A stretch of 64,000 nt of DNA from an uncultured Thermoleophilia bacterium (GCA_963702475.1 CAVPCT010000003.1:832001-896000), one strand, 5' to 3'. Numbered from the stretch's first letter, positions 30,814-42,202 are shown. The notes: generated by a model not told the origin, from the sequence alone. Numbers and translations are program-made.

Positions 30814-31332
30814 AGCGGGGAGCCGTTCGGTGACGAGGCAGAAACCTGGATCGTCCAGCACTTTGCCGCACTGACTCTCGGATCGGCCATGCGCGGAGCA
30901 TCCGCCGACCCACCGCAGGGTGGGCCCGGCTCAGGCCGCCGCCAGCGTTGGGCTCGTGCCTCTGAAACGCAGGCGCACCGTGATGGAGATGCCGTCGGGC
31001 GTCGCCTTCCAAGATACCTCGACGTGCTTTCGCGCGAACCCGCCCGCGGTCTTGGCCGCCTTGAAGGCGAACTCCTTGGATGGCTCAAACGGGATGGACA
31101 TCGGGACCCCTCCGGCGTTGCTGAACTTCAGCGACAGTGACGCGTAGTTTAGTACCACGCCGGGACGGGTGTCAAACACGCCGCTGTCGTTGTCGTCTAC
31201 CGCGGTCAGTATCCGTAGACGTCAGCTGCAGTGCCGTGTAAAATATTGCGCATCGAAAGTGGGTCGTCAAGCGCATCACCGTCACTGACTCCGACGCTGG
31301 CAAGGACCGGCCATGGATGTCCAGGAGGCGCG

Positions 31333-32121
31333 ATGGCAGAGAAGACCTACAGCATCACGGAGCTCACCGACCTCACCGACGTGACCGAGCGCACTGTGCG
31401 CTACTACATCACGCTCGGGCTGCTGCCGAAGCCCGAGGGGATCGGCCGCTGGAGTCACTACACAGAGGAGCATCTGAACCGGCTGACGCTCATCCGCAAG
31501 CTTCAGGAAGGGCACATGCCGCTCAGCGAGATCGGCGAGTTCATCAAGGCGCTGGACGCGCAGGAGGCCGAAGCGAAGGCCTCCCAGCGGCACGGCTTCG
31601 GTGAGAAGCTCCGCAAGAAGGGCAAGGGCGAGAAGGCCGGCCCGAGAAGGCGGAGCCAGAGGCGGACGCAGAGACGCAGGACGCCGGCGACGAGGAGGCG
31701 TCGGAGGCCCATTGGTGGTCGTTCGACCCGCAGGCGATCGCCGAGTCGGTCCTCCAGCAGGTCCGTGGAGCGGCAGCTGGCGCGGCCGAGTTCCCCGCGC
31801 ATCGTGCCTAGGAGGGAGCGGTCAGCCCAGAGCGAGACCTCTGAGGTGGGGCAGCGCACGCGGTGGGAGCACATCGTCCTCGCGCCCGGCGTGGAGCTCA
31901 ACGTCAAGGTGACTCGGTCGGGCAAGCAGAAGGCAGCGGTCGAGGCGCTCATCGAGCGCGCGAAGGAGCTCTTCCCGAGGACGAGCCTCGGTCGTCCGAC
32001 GACGTGGCTTAGGGGTCACCCCCCCGCACTACACGGTCGATTCATCCTTGCAGACACAAGGCCGTGGGGCTCGAACAGAGGAGACTGGCATGGGATGCGA
32101 ACTGAGAGCCGCCTGCCTTGA
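31333..32121 (+). CDS. MerR-type HTH regulator (middle and 3' end possibly frameshifted)
   Basis: YSITEL....VTERTVRYY...GLLP.P, Y...HL.RL.LIR.LQ; C-terminal WEHIVLAPGVELNV. Confidence 0.8.
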   Translation: MAEKTYSITELTDLTDVTERTVRYYITLGLLPKPEGIGRWSHYTEEHLNRLTLIRKLQEGHMPLSEIGEFIKALDAQEAEAKASQRHGFGEKLRKKGKGEKAGPRRRSQRRTQRRRTPATRRRRRPIGGRSTRRRSPSRSSSRSVERQLARPSSPRIVPRRERSAQSETSEVGQRTRWEHIVLAPGVELNVKVTRSGKQKAAVEALIERAKELFPRTSLGRPTTWLRGHPPALHGRFILADTRPWGSNRGDWHGMRTESRLP

Positions 32122-32476
32122 TTGCCGCACATCGTTCACAGTGTTTGAGGGCGGCGCCGTCTTCTCCCACGCGCTTCGCTGTGAGGAGTGCGGCGAGACG
32201 AAGTTCATCAGCCTCTTCGAGCTGGGTGGCCACCACACACGCTTCGTCAAGGGTCTTCGTGGAGCCTACAGCCACTGCACGGAGCCCTGGGATACCTTCA
32301 TCCATGAGCATGCTCCGGTCGATCCCATCACCGAGACTGAGTACTACGCAGGAATCGAAGCCGTTGCCGGACGCTGTGTTTGCGGAGGCAAGTTCACGCT
32401 CACTGCGCCCCCCCGCTGTCCCGCCTGCTGGTCCACGAACATCAGTACAGGCGCGGTAGTCATGTTCTACGACTGA
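32090..32476 (+). CDS. Cys-rich zinc-binding protein
   Basis: CLDC, CEEC, CVC, CPAC; GAGGAG RBS. Confidence 0.7.
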   Translation: MGCELRAACLDCRTSFTVFEGGAVFSHALRCEECGETKFISLFELGGHHTRFVKGLRGAYSHCTEPWDTFIHEHAPVDPITETEYYAGIEAVAGRCVCGGKFTLTAPPRCPACWSTNISTGAVVMFYD

Positions 32477-32574
32477 CGATGCATTGCCAAGGCGACGGCA
32501 GTCAGACGATTCAGCTGCCGTTGCTCGCGCCCGATACTAGGAGCAGTCTCGAAGACAACCGCACTGGGGGGGTC

Positions 32575-33522
32575 ATGGGGAGCGCTCATGTGCTCGGGCA
32601 GCCGCATCGAGGGAGGACTCTCCGGCGAGGCAGTCTTCTGCTGTTGTTGACGATGGCAATCGCGCTCCTGATATCAGGCGTCGCCAACGCTTCAGCCTCT
32701 TGCGAGATCAATGACAACGATGAATACACGAACTCCCGGTACGTGACGGTCAGCTTCTACCACGGTTTGAACAAGGAGTTCCGGATCGGTGATTCGTCGT
32801 ACTTCGGCACCTACGACCCATGGTATGCAATCCCCTACACCGACGAGGCAGACTGGGACCTGGGCTCAGGAGACGGCTCGAAGCGCGTCTACATGCAGTT
32901 CAGAGTGGATCCGGACGACACGTATTACGACAAGTGCGACGACTCGATCAAGCTGGACACCACCCCGCCGACCACGACAGCGAGTGACGACGAGTCGTGG
33001 CTCGACCCAGCAGAGACAGTGACCGTCACGCTGTCGGCGAGCGACGGCTACAGCGGCAGCGGGGTGGATCGCACCGAGTACTCGCTTAGCGAAGGAGCGT
33101 ATTGGACTGAGTACAACTCGTACTCGAAGATCAAGGTGACGCGCTGGAACCAGACCCTGTACTACCGCTCTGTCGACAAGGCGGGCAACGTGGAGGAAGC
33201 GCACAGCGAGAAGTACAACGTCGATGTCATCGGACCCTCCTGCTACGTTGAGTCGAACACCGTGAAGCGCGGGCGCATGGGCTACATCAACTACTCGTCC
33301 TACGACAACGAGAGCCCCAAGACCGACACCACCATCACCGTGGCTACGCTGAGTGGGGTCACTCAGATGACTCTTCACTCCGGGTTCGTGAGCAAGGGCT
33401 CACGCCACTGGGACTTCCGCGTGAAGCTCGCTAGGGGCAAGTATCGGCTCACGATCACCGGCGTCGATCTCGCCGGCAATCTGCAGTCGCGCATCGGGAA
33501 CGCTTATCTGCGCGTGAAATAG
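32575..33522 (+). CDS. Secreted Ig-like-domain protein
   Basis: Signal peptide; GDGSK.VY.QF, LDTTPPTT, GSGV..TEY, YRSVDKAGN, DLAGN. Confidence 0.75.
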   Translation: MGSAHVLGQPHRGRTLRRGSLLLLLTMAIALLISGVANASASCEINDNDEYTNSRYVTVSFYHGLNKEFRIGDSSYFGTYDPWYAIPYTDEADWDLGSGDGSKRVYMQFRVDPDDTYYDKCDDSIKLDTTPPTTTASDDESWLDPAETVTVTLSASDGYSGSGVDRTEYSLSEGAYWTEYNSYSKIKVTRWNQTLYYRSVDKAGNVEEAHSEKYNVDVIGPSCYVESNTVKRGRMGYINYSSYDNESPKTDTTITVATLSGVTQMTLHSGFVSKGSRHWDFRVKLARGKYRLTITGVDLAGNLQSRIGNAYLRVK

Positions 33523-33564
33523 CCGAGCTAGGACGCGGTTCCGGGTGGGCAGAAGAGGTTAGCC

Positions 33565-34275
33565 GTGCTTCGTCTCATCACCTGGAACTGCCGCGTCGGC
33601 GGCTTTCGCTACAAAGCCGCGCATGTGGCCGGACTGCGGCCCGACCTGCTAGCGGTGCAGGAGGTAGAGCCGCTGGAGCAGGTGCTCGTTTTCGGCGGAG
33701 AATGTCAGCCGACCTATCGAGACAGGATTGGCGATCCGGCGTTTCCCAGGCGAGCGATCGGCGTCTTCTCGTACACTGGCCTGGACATCCAGCCTGTCGA
33801 CCTGGAGGCGCCGCTCTATGCGTTCCGTCGCTACGTCGCCAGCAGGCCGGGACTCGAGTTCAATGTGATTGCCACTTGGACTGCTGCCACCAAGGACGCC
33901 GCGACTTCGTATCGTCAGGCGCACCAAGGTGTCGAGGCGCACGTCGCGTGGATCCAGGAGCGGCCCACCGTGATCCTAGGCGACCTCAATGACAACGCCT
34001 CGTTTCGGGGAACTCGTTGGTCCGATCTGATGGCTCAGCTCGAGCCGCTCGGCCTCGTCAGCGCCTACCACTACTTCTATGGGGAGGCACCAGGATGCGA
34101 GACAAGACCTACGCACTTCTGGCGTGGTGACGGGGCCGCAACCTTCCATCTGGACTACTGCTTTCTCCCTAGCCCGTGGCTCGCGCGTGTTCGGGATGTC
34201 TGCGTTGGGGAGTTCTCGCCCGCATGGAAAGAGGTCAGCGACCACGTGCCACTCATCGTGGACCTTGACTTGTGA
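33565..34275 (+). CDS. Endonuclease/exonuclease/phosphatase family protein
   Basis: TWN, VQE, GDLN, LDY, SDHVP. Confidence 0.9.
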   Translation: MLRLITWNCRVGGFRYKAAHVAGLRPDLLAVQEVEPLEQVLVFGGECQPTYRDRIGDPAFPRRAIGVFSYTGLDIQPVDLEAPLYAFRRYVASRPGLEFNVIATWTAATKDAATSYRQAHQGVEAHVAWIQERPTVILGDLNDNASFRGTRWSDLMAQLEPLGLVSAYHYFYGEAPGCETRPTHFWRGDGAATFHLDYCFLPSPWLARVRDVCVGEFSPAWKEVSDHVPLIVDLDL

Positions 34276-34325
34276 AGCGGCGCTGACTCGTCCTAACCAG
34301 GTCTTGCCGTGTCGCGTACGCCAGC

Positions 34326-34431
34326 GCCGACAGACCGCCGACATCATGCTGACAAGAGGTCCCGCCACCAGTCACTACGAGACAGCACCACACAGCTTGG
34401 CAACATCATGGAAACCTGGACTGTGCAGCAC
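34326..34431 (+). repeat. Upstream att arm: three GCCGAC-type sites at 11-bp period plus conserved box
   Basis: GCCGAC 34326, GCCGAC 34337, GCTGAC 34348; AACCTGGACTGTGCAGCAC 34413-34431. Confidence 0.7.
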
Positions 34432-34471
34432 TTACCCGCACTGAAGGCCTCCATGCAGACGCTCCCCTGAC

Positions 34472-34519
34472 GTCTGCAAAACCTCCATCACCGGTTCGAC
34501 TCCGGTCGCCGCCTCCAAC
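34472..34519 (+). repeat. tRNA-Cys 3'-half duplication (att core, junction 4)
   Basis: 48 bp identical to 3793-3840. Confidence 0.97.
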
Positions 34520-34582
34520 GCTCTCCCTGCCCAGCGCGATTTCCTGTGGTGTGCAGTAGCACACCTCGTTTCTGATGCGGCG

Positions 34583-34640
34583 ATTCTGCCGACATCTTGC
34601 CGACGAGACTCAAAGAGACTGGAGGATACGGAGGATACGG
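34583..34640 (+). repeat. Downstream att arm repeats
   Basis: ATTCTGCCGAC-ATCTTGCCGAC-GAGACTC; also GGAGGATAC x2. Confidence 0.7.
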
Positions 34641-34788
34641 CTCGGCACTCCTCGGCAGGGAGGCCGCTCATCCCCGTACCGGGTCAGTGTAGGCTGTCCG
34701 CAGGATCGATCTGGAGCCGGCTCAGGGACCGTCTGTTCAGGGCAATGTGACCGGCACAGAACAGCACGCGGAGGACGCAGGCAACGAT

Positions 34789-35745
34789 CTACTTGCTCGT
34801 GTCGAACACGATCTTGCCCTGCACCCCGCCCGCTTCTTGACGCTGCTGGACTTCGCCGACCAGGGACAGCGGCATCACGGAGTCGATGATCGGTCTGATC
34901 CTTTCTTGTTCGATCAAGGTACGCAGGGCTTCCATCTTCTGACGGGTCGGTTCGATGAAGAAGAACATCATGTCGATGTTCCGACTCCAGGCCTCGAGCA
35001 GGTTCTGGGCAGCAGTGATATCAACGATCGAGACAAGCCGTCCGTGATTCTTGAGGACAAAGGGGCTTCGCTCCACGGTGTTCCCGCCGACAGTATCGAG
35101 GACCACATCCACTCCTTGACCGTCAGTCTCCCGGCCGATCACGTCCTCGTAGCTCTCCACCTTGTAGTCGATGACCACATCGGCGCCCAGGCTCTCCACG
35201 AACTCGACGCTCCTGGTGCTGCAGGTGGTGAAGACCTTGGCTCCAGCAGCCTTCGCTATCTGTATCGCAACCGACCCGACGCCGCCGGCACCGGCGTGAA
35301 CCAGCACGCTCTCACCGACCTGTAGCTTCGCCCTCTCGATGAGACAGCCATACGCCGTGCCGAATACAAGGGGCAAGCTCGCGGCCTCGAAGTGGCTGAC
35401 GTTCTCTGGTTTGAGCGCGACGATGCTCTCATGCACGAGGTTGTAGTCGGCGAATGTCCCGGGCCTGGTGAACAGTTCCATCTCATAGAAGACCTCATCA
35501 CCGACCTTGAATCTCGTGACGTCGGACCCGACCGCTTCCACTACACCAGCAGCATCGATTCCGATGATCGCGGGGCATGATACCCATTCCTTGTAGTCAC
35601 CTCTTCTGGTCTGAAAATCACAGGGGTTGGCGGAGGTAGCCACGATCCTGACTAGCAGATCGCAGGGCCCAGGTTCAGGCTTTGCGACTTCACGCTGCTC
35701 GAATACCTCAGGACCGCCGAAGGAAGTGAGGACCATTGCTTTCAT
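34789..35745 (-). CDS. MDR family NADPH:quinone oxidoreductase-like protein
   Basis: MKAMVL..FGGPEV, NPCD, VLVHAGAGGVG, LDTVGG, GKIV. Confidence 0.9.
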   Translation of the reverse strand: MKAMVLTSFGGPEVFEQREVAKPEPGPCDLLVRIVATSANPCDFQTRRGDYKEWVSCPAIIGIDAAGVVEAVGSDVTRFKVGDEVFYEMELFTRPGTFADYNLVHESIVALKPENVSHFEAASLPLVFGTAYGCLIERAKLQVGESVLVHAGAGGVGSVAIQIAKAAGAKVFTTCSTRSVEFVESLGADVVIDYKVESYEDVIGRETDGQGVDVVLDTVGGNTVERSPFVLKNHGRLVSIVDITAAQNLLEAWSRNIDMMFFFIEPTRQKMEALRTLIEQERIRPIIDSVMPLSLVGEVQQRQEAGGVQGKIVFDTSK

Positions 35746-35984
35746 TTCGCCTCCAGTACCTCAGGTCGCCAGGCTGCGCTTGTAGGTGATGGCCGCCACG
35801 CGCAGAGCCCACGCGCTCGTCCCCCTCAGGATGTAGGGCTTGAAGTCGGCGTCGGTGAGCGACTCATCATACTTCGCGATGCGCAGAGCAGGGTCGCGCT
35901 CCCCGGGTTTGAGTTGGAGTTGCCTGAGCGAGGCGATGGCAACGCGATTTCCCTGCAATCACCGGTGGGTGCACGTCCATTGGC

Positions 35985-36198
35985 CGAGACCGAGCAGTAC
36001 CAGAGTACGGAGTGGCACTACGGCGCCTTTCAGCGCAGCATCACGCTGCCCCACAGCGTGAAGCGCGACGCGATCGAGGCGACTTACGAGAACGGCGTCG
36101 TCGAGGTGCGCGTGCCCAAGGCCGCGGAGGTCCTCTCGCAGCGCATCGAGGTCAAGGCCAAGGGTGGTGTGAGCGCGCTCGACGCGCCCGTCGAGTAG
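35985..36198 (+). pseudogene. Hsp20 small heat-shock protein, C-terminal fragment
   Basis: YGAFQRSITLP, IEATYENGVVEVRVPK, IEV; no N-terminus. Confidence 0.8.
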
Positions 36199-36360
36199 GC
36201 GCGGGCGGCAGCGAGGGCTTGAGCTACTTCGTCGCGAACACCAGCCCCGCGATCAGCGCTGGACTCCAACCTCCACTGTTTGTGATGGGCATGTTGGCGA
36301 GGTTGTTGGCAAGGCCGGGACTCGTTTAGCCCGTACATCCTCGCCGACCCGGCACGAACA

Positions 36361-36392
36361 GAGGCCCGCCGCCCTCACGGGTGGCGGGCCTC
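36361..36392. terminator. Hairpin between convergent genes
   Basis: GAGGCCCGCCGCC-CTCACG-GGTGGCGGGCCTC. Confidence 0.6.
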
Positions 36393-36429
36393 CAGGTGTT
36401 TGCCGTGCTAGCGGGTTGCTGACGGGAAG

Positions 36430-37130
36430 CTATGCGTCGACCAACCCCAAGATCAGGTCCATGGTCTGCTGCGTGATGACACCGCGGCGCACGAGATCCG
36501 CCAGGTGGTTCGTGAGGGCTTTGAGCGGTGCCTTCTGAGCCTGGACCATGATGCTTTGGGCCACGCCTTCGTTGGGCAGGGCACCGTTGGCGACCAGGGC
36601 TGCGAGCATGTCGCTGGGCGTCCCCGGTACGATGAAATCCACGTCGGCGGAGGTCGTGTCCATGTCGTCCTCGGACACGGCGGCTCCGACGTGCATGCCC
36701 GAGATAAGGTCGACGCCGATGGTGGAGAAGTCGGCGGCCCAGTTGCCGTTGGCGTCCGAGGTGACGTAGAAGCCCCGCCAACTGTCGTCCACCAAGGCAT
36801 CCACCGAGACCACCGCGTTCGACGGGGCGAGGCCGATCACGGTGTCGTCGACGAAGACGGGGTCGACCGAGAGGGCCACGAGCGTCACCTCTTTGGTGAC
36901 GGACACCGGCCCAAAACCGACGTCCTGGTCCCAGGGGTCCAAACCAGATACCGAGACGTACATCCCCGGCACGAGATCGACGGTGTCTCCCAGGTATGCC
37001 TCGAAGTTGCCCCACTCGTCGATCTGCAGGGACCCGTTGTACAGGGTGTCTCCACCCGGTGCTGCTTTGACAACCATCGTCGCTGAAGACCCCGGCAGGA
37101 ACTGCTGGCCGTAGACGTTGGTCAGTCCTG
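36430..37130 (-). pseudogene. Acidic extracellular-type protein, 5' truncated
   Basis: Two repeats D.WGNF.A....VDLVPGM.V and DANGNW.ADF...VDL.SGM.V; no credible start. Confidence 0.5.
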
Positions 37131-37324
37131 ACCGGACGCTGTGCACGTGTGGGCGCGGTCCCCGGAACGGTGGCCGGTCACGAGAAGAGGCCCGCTGCCC
37201 GTGAAGGCGGAGGGCCTCTGTGTGCGGCAAGCGGCCTGGACTCGGCCGTTGGGCCGCCGGGCCGTCACTCTTGATGCCCGCGAACAGGCCGGTCCTGCTG
37301 TTGCGGGCCTTCCTACCTTGTCCG

Positions 37325-38170
37325 CTATTGCACGCGGAACTGGCGCGTCGGCGACACCACGAACATCCACTCTTCCGTGCTCTGCGTGCGGAACTTCACG
37401 CGGAACACGCCGAGCTCCCTCGGCGTGAACCGGTAGCTGAAGGTGCCCGTCGCGCTGAGAGCGCGATACACGATCGTACGTGTGACCCACTTGTCGGCCA
37501 CCCGCTCCTGAACACGGATGATGGCCTTCACACCGATGTCGGCGGGGCTCACGGTTCCATTCGCTGTGACGCTGTGGCCGATCTTGACGGTGCCGTTCTT
37601 CACGCCCTGAAGCTTCAGCTTCAGTACCGGCATCATCAGCGATGGCACGGTCACAGCGGGCTTGAAGAGGGCGGTGCCCCCTCCGCTCCGTCCCCCGACG
37701 TGGCCCTGGGCGATGGCACGGTAGGTCGCGAAGCGCGGCGGTGAGGCCACCGTGAAGGCGAAGCGGCCCTTGGCTCCTGTGGTCACCTGTCCCAAGTCCG
37801 TGAACGCGGTCTCACCCCAGGCCCGCTCCTGCAGGTAGACGACGACGCCAGGGTGAACGCGAACGATCCAGAGATCGACGCCGACGCCGACGAACCCAGA
37901 CAGCCGGTGTAGTCCGCTTACGTAGGGGATGCGATCAAGGAACAGCCACGGCGATCTTGCGTGCGGATGTGGCACGACCCAGTCGGTGTGGCAGACGGTG
38001 CAATCGCTGACGCTGGCGACGAACGGCGTGTGCGCCGCTGGGGCACCGTTCGTCGGCGGCACGGCGGTATGGCAGTCGCAGCCATCCCGGGCCAAGGCCG
38101 GAGCCGCCCCGCTTGCCAGGGCGGCGGCGGCCAGGCAGAGGACCGTGACGAGAGCGAACGTAGGTCTCAT
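37325..38170 (-). CDS. Secreted protein with heme-c-like motifs and Ig-like domains
   Basis: Signal peptide; CDCH and CTVCH; GGAGGG RBS. Confidence 0.7.
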   Translation of the reverse strand: MRPTFALVTVLCLAAAALASGAAPALARDGCDCHTAVPPTNGAPAAHTPFVASVSDCTVCHTDWVVPHPHARSPWLFLDRIPYVSGLHRLSGFVGVGVDLWIVRVHPGVVVYLQERAWGETAFTDLGQVTTGAKGRFAFTVASPPRFATYRAIAQGHVGGRSGGGTALFKPAVTVPSLMMPVLKLKLQGVKNGTVKIGHSVTANGTVSPADIGVKAIIRVQERVADKWVTRTIVYRALSATGTFSYRFTPRELGVFRVKFRTQSTEEWMFVVSPTRQFRVQ

Positions 38171-39344
38171 GCCTCCCTCCTTGGTGTTCCCCGCTCCGGC
38201 TCGCTGCGGTGACGCTCCCTTGTGTGGGCTCGCGCCGCTGACCGCCAGGCGGCGGCAGGCAGGTAGCGAGGGCTGGTTCAGATGCGCCCGCAGGGTCGTC
38301 CCATAGGGAACCCCCAGTGCCCCTCGGCTCCAGGACTCCTGAGCGGCTCGGCCTCAAGAGGCGCGAAGACCGGCTCACCGGGCCGGTCTCACCAGTGGCT
38401 CCCCGCCGGACTGCGGTGGCCGCAGTAGAAGCGTCCGACGGATCACTGCCTCCCGTACCGACGAACTGCTCATGTCGGGAGTCTCGTACCCTTTGACGCT
38501 ACCCGTCTCGCCGAGACGCAGTCCCGTTAGGCGATCGTCACCCTTGCGGGCCGACCGGCGCGTGGCCTCCTGTGGCGCCTGACCGGACGCTCCGCCCGCT
38601 TGGGCGCAGTCCCCGAAGCGGGGCCGGTCACCTGGAGGGAGGGCGGCTACGCAGCCGACACGATCGTGTATCGCGTGCGGCACTGCATCCGAGCCTGGAA
38701 GTCGCCGCCGCCACGCAGTTGCCATCCTCTGAGTGCAACGCGGCCGGGGAGTGGGATCCCAGGTGGGCGTTGCGCTTCAGCGACGAGCGCGGATGCCCAT
38801 GGTCTCGCGGGGTCGGCGGCGCGTCGGGGCCGACGATGCCCCTCGAGGCACGCAGCCGCGAGAGGCTGGTTGTGGCGTCGGCATGTTGTCGGCCGGGTCT
38901 CAACATGCGCCGCAAACAGGCGGTTTTGCGCACTGTGCCTTTGGCGCACCCCTCAGCTCGTGGTAGCGTGCCTCCGCCCTGACCGGCATTCGTGCGGCAT
39001 GCTGGACGGATTTCGAGATGCTTGGCAAGGCCGAGCAGTTCAACCGGTCTCCCCTTGCTCTCGGTCTTCCTGAAGCACGATCATCCAGACCCCGCGGCGC
39101 GAGACCCGATGGCCTTCAACGTGTGCGCTCTGGGACCTGCGGAATCTCCGCGTCCACTATGCTGTTCCCCTTGTCGAACTCCGTACCGATTCGACTGAGT
39201 GGGACAACCCACCATTGACGGAAGCTCCGAGATGGTACGTGCGACCGCTCCACCCGGACCGAGCTTCGTCTTCTTCGCAGCCCGCAGCTCAATGCCACCG
39301 CCCAGGAGAGATTCAACAGCTTCGTCGAGTGGCGCCCGCTCCCG

Positions 39345-39945
39345 ATGGTGGTCTTTCAACATCTGTGCGTGATGTTCAAGACGATAGACTCCACTGCGTT
39401 GTCGCTGATTGCCCAAATAGACCCGTCCGCTGCCGCCCCTACCAGCGTGGTGCAGCTCGAGAGGATGTGGTTCAACACCGACATCCGACCGATCATGCCC
39501 ACGATATGCGTGCCCACGGGGACCCGTGATCCTCTACACGCATCGACCAGCGGCCGCGAGGGACTGCCAGCTGGATCCTGCACGACACCGTATCCAGAGG
39601 ACGCGGCGATGATACATCGCCGCCCGCATCCCCGGCTGCCGCCGAGTCGAGCTGGACAGGAGGGCACTACACATCCCCGCTGACATGGAACGCTACGTCT
39701 CCACTCTGAGGCGTTCATCGCCTCGGCCAGGGAGGAGGAGTTGGCCCTCGACCGCCGGCTCAGCACCGTCGTCTTCACCGACATCGTCGGCTCCACGGAG
39801 AAGGCGTCAAAGCTGGGCGACCACCGGTGGAAGGCGTTGCTCGACCGCCACCACGCCACCGTCCGCAGTCTCTTGACCCGCTACCGTGGAACAGAGATCA
39901 GACGACCGGCGATGGCATCTTGGCTACCTTCGACGGCCCCGCTCG
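39345..39945 (+). pseudogene. Alpha/beta-hydrolase-adenylate cyclase fusion remnant
   Basis: DIRPIMPTICVPT; RRLSTVVFTDIVGST...LGD.RW..LLDRH, then GDG.LA.FDGP in shifted frame. Confidence 0.75.
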
Positions 39946-40899
39946 TGAGTCGAACAGCGCGATCGCTCGCGCAGCTGTCGGCGTCAGCCGCCGACGGTGA
40001 TCATGTGGCCGAGCGCTTCGCCGCCGGTGGCCCGGCGGCCCTCACGAGGTGCGGCCCGGCCGCGGCCGCAAGCCCACGATCTCGGCCGCCAAGGTCAAGG
40101 CGATCGTGGCGGCCACGACCCAGACCGTGCCCCCCGGCGAGACACACTGGAGCTGCCGCACGATGGCCAAGGCCAGGGCGTGAGCCCGGCCACGGTGCAG
40201 CGCATCTGGGACGCCCACGGCCTGCAGCCGCACCGCACGCGGGCCTTCAAGCTCTCCAACGACCCGCTCTTCGCCGAGAAGCTCAGCGACATCGTCGGGC
40301 TCTACCTGAACCCGCCCGAGAAGGCGCTCGTGCTGTGCGTCGACGAGAAGAGCCAGATCCAGGCGCTCGACCGCACCCAGCCGAGCCTGCCGATGAAGAG
40401 GGGCCGCGCCGGCACCATGACCCACGACTACAAGCGCAACGGCACGACGACCCTGTTCGCCGCGCTCGAGCACGCTCGACGGCAGCGTCATCGGCCAGTG
40501 CCTGCCGCGCCACCGCCACCAGGAGTTCCTCAGCGTTCCTGCGCACGCTGGACCGCGAGTTCCCGCGCGGGCTCGAGCTGCACCTCATCCTCGACAACTA
40601 CCCGACCCACAAGCACGCCAACGTCGCTGCCTGGCTCGAGAAGCATCCGCGCTTCCATCTCCACTTCACGCCCACCACAGCTCCTGGCTGAACCTCGTCG
40701 AGCGCTGGTTCCGCGAGCTGCACCGAGAAGGCTCTGCGCCGTGGCGTCTTCCCCAGCGTGCCCGACCTCGTCGCCGCCATCGACGCCTTCCTCGAGGCCC
40801 ACAACGAGGACCCCAAGCCGTTCGTCTGGACGGCCTCCGTCGAGGCCATCCTCGAGAAGGTCGGGCGCTGCAAAGCTGTTTTGGCAGACAGTGCACTAG
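39946..40899 (+). mobile_element. IS630-family element, 5' truncated and frameshifted
   Basis: [64 protein letters not shown]; end ...ACAGTGCACTAG. Confidence 0.92.
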
Positions 40900-41467
40900 A
40901 ACTGGACTGAGTACTCCATAGAGCTGTAGTCGCCGGTGCTGATCGTGTCGGCTGCAGACCAATCCCCGCCGGGCGCATAGTCGATAGAATGCTCGGCCAT
41001 CGTCTTGCCGGTATCCGACTCCTTCTTCGCAGAAGAAGACGAGCAGGCAGCGTTGAAGGGCTTGCACCCTGTCGAACTCCAACTCCACGGTGATCGTGCT
41101 TCGCGCCTCGCCGCAATGTGGCGGGCGCGTAGAGGAGGCCACCCAAGATGCCCAAGAGCGTCCGAGAGTCGAGACTGAGGTTCACGTCGGATTCCCGGAC
41201 GGCCACGTCGAGGTCTGCGATGACCTAAGCTTCTCCAACGAGGAGGCGGAGCGGAAGCTCAGCATGTTCTACTATCGGGCGGAGATGCAGTGCTGTGAGG
41301 TTCTGAAGACCGTCATCAATGGTCAAGAGTACGGCTGCTGAATCGGACTCAAGTCGTCGAGGCGGCGCAGACTCAACCGTTCTCGTCACTGACGCCACTC
41401 CCAGAACGGCCGCGTCACCCGATGTGTGGCGGCCGTTCCAGTGCAATTGGAGCAAGGAGGCACCGCC

Positions 41468-42202
41468 ATGGACGAGCGAGACCGGCTCCGCTTCGAGCTT
41501 GGGCTGCTCCTCGCGACTGGACGTGAGTTGAGCACCGACATGCAGAGCGAGAACCTTGATCCGCGGGACGTCAATGAGCGCTACCAGCTCTGGTTCACGC
41601 AGACGCTCCGCCTCGTGGAGCGTCTGCTGCCTGAGCGGCGCCGCGAGTTCGAGGGCTACTACCGATCCGATCAAGAGAGCCGCGATCAGGCCGCGACGAT
41701 CTCCGCGATCCTCGGTTCCCTGAGTCGCCCTCGGGCGACCACAGAGAAGCGAGAGGCGCTCGCCGGCCTCTTCGATCCCGGGCTCGAGCAGGCCACGTTC
41801 CTCCATCTGCTCGGCATGCAGCTCGCCATCCTCGCCTCTGCGCTGCCCTCACTGCTCGCGCAGCAGCGACGCCCGGACCGGGGGCTACAGGCAGCGCGGC
41901 TACTGCTCGCGAAGGGGCACCGCCGCGCTGCCGGTGCCCTGGCGGGCGCCGTCCTGGAGAGCCACCTGCTCACAGTGGCGCAACGACACGACGTGGCGCT
42001 CGCGGAGAGCGACGCAGCCAGCGTGTCCCGGCTCGGTCGCGCCCTGCGCAAGGCCGGCGTCTGCGACGCGGCGCGCTCACGGCAGATCAGGCGCCTCGCG
42101 GAGCTCAGCGACTCCTGCGTGCGCAGCGAGAAGAGGATCTCTCCCAAGCTGGTTTCGGAGCTCCTGTCCGGCGTCGAGGAGACCCTCCTGAACGTGTCCT
42201 GA
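41468..42202 (+). CDS. Hypothetical protein with HEPN/DUF4145-like C-terminal helical domain
   Basis: AARLLL..G..RAAGALAGAVLESHL; GGAGG RBS. Confidence 0.6.
   Translation: MDERDRLRFELGLLLATGRELSTDMQSENLDPRDVNERYQLWFTQTLRLVERLLPERRREFEGYYRSDQESRDQAATISAILGSLSRPRATTEKREALAGLFDPGLEQATFLHLLGMQLAILASALPSLLAQQRRPDRGLQAARLLLAKGHRRAAGALAGAVLESHLLTVAQRHDVALAESDAASVSRLGRALRKAGVCDAARSRQIRRLAELSDSCVRSEKRISPKLVSELLSGVEETLLNVS

Noticed and set aside
38255-38355. c-di-AMP (ydaO) riboswitch on the minus strand upstream of the heme-motif gene
   Set aside because: Loose resemblance only. The conserved GGGGUGAA and AGCUAAC elements are absent; an Rfam scan would settle it.
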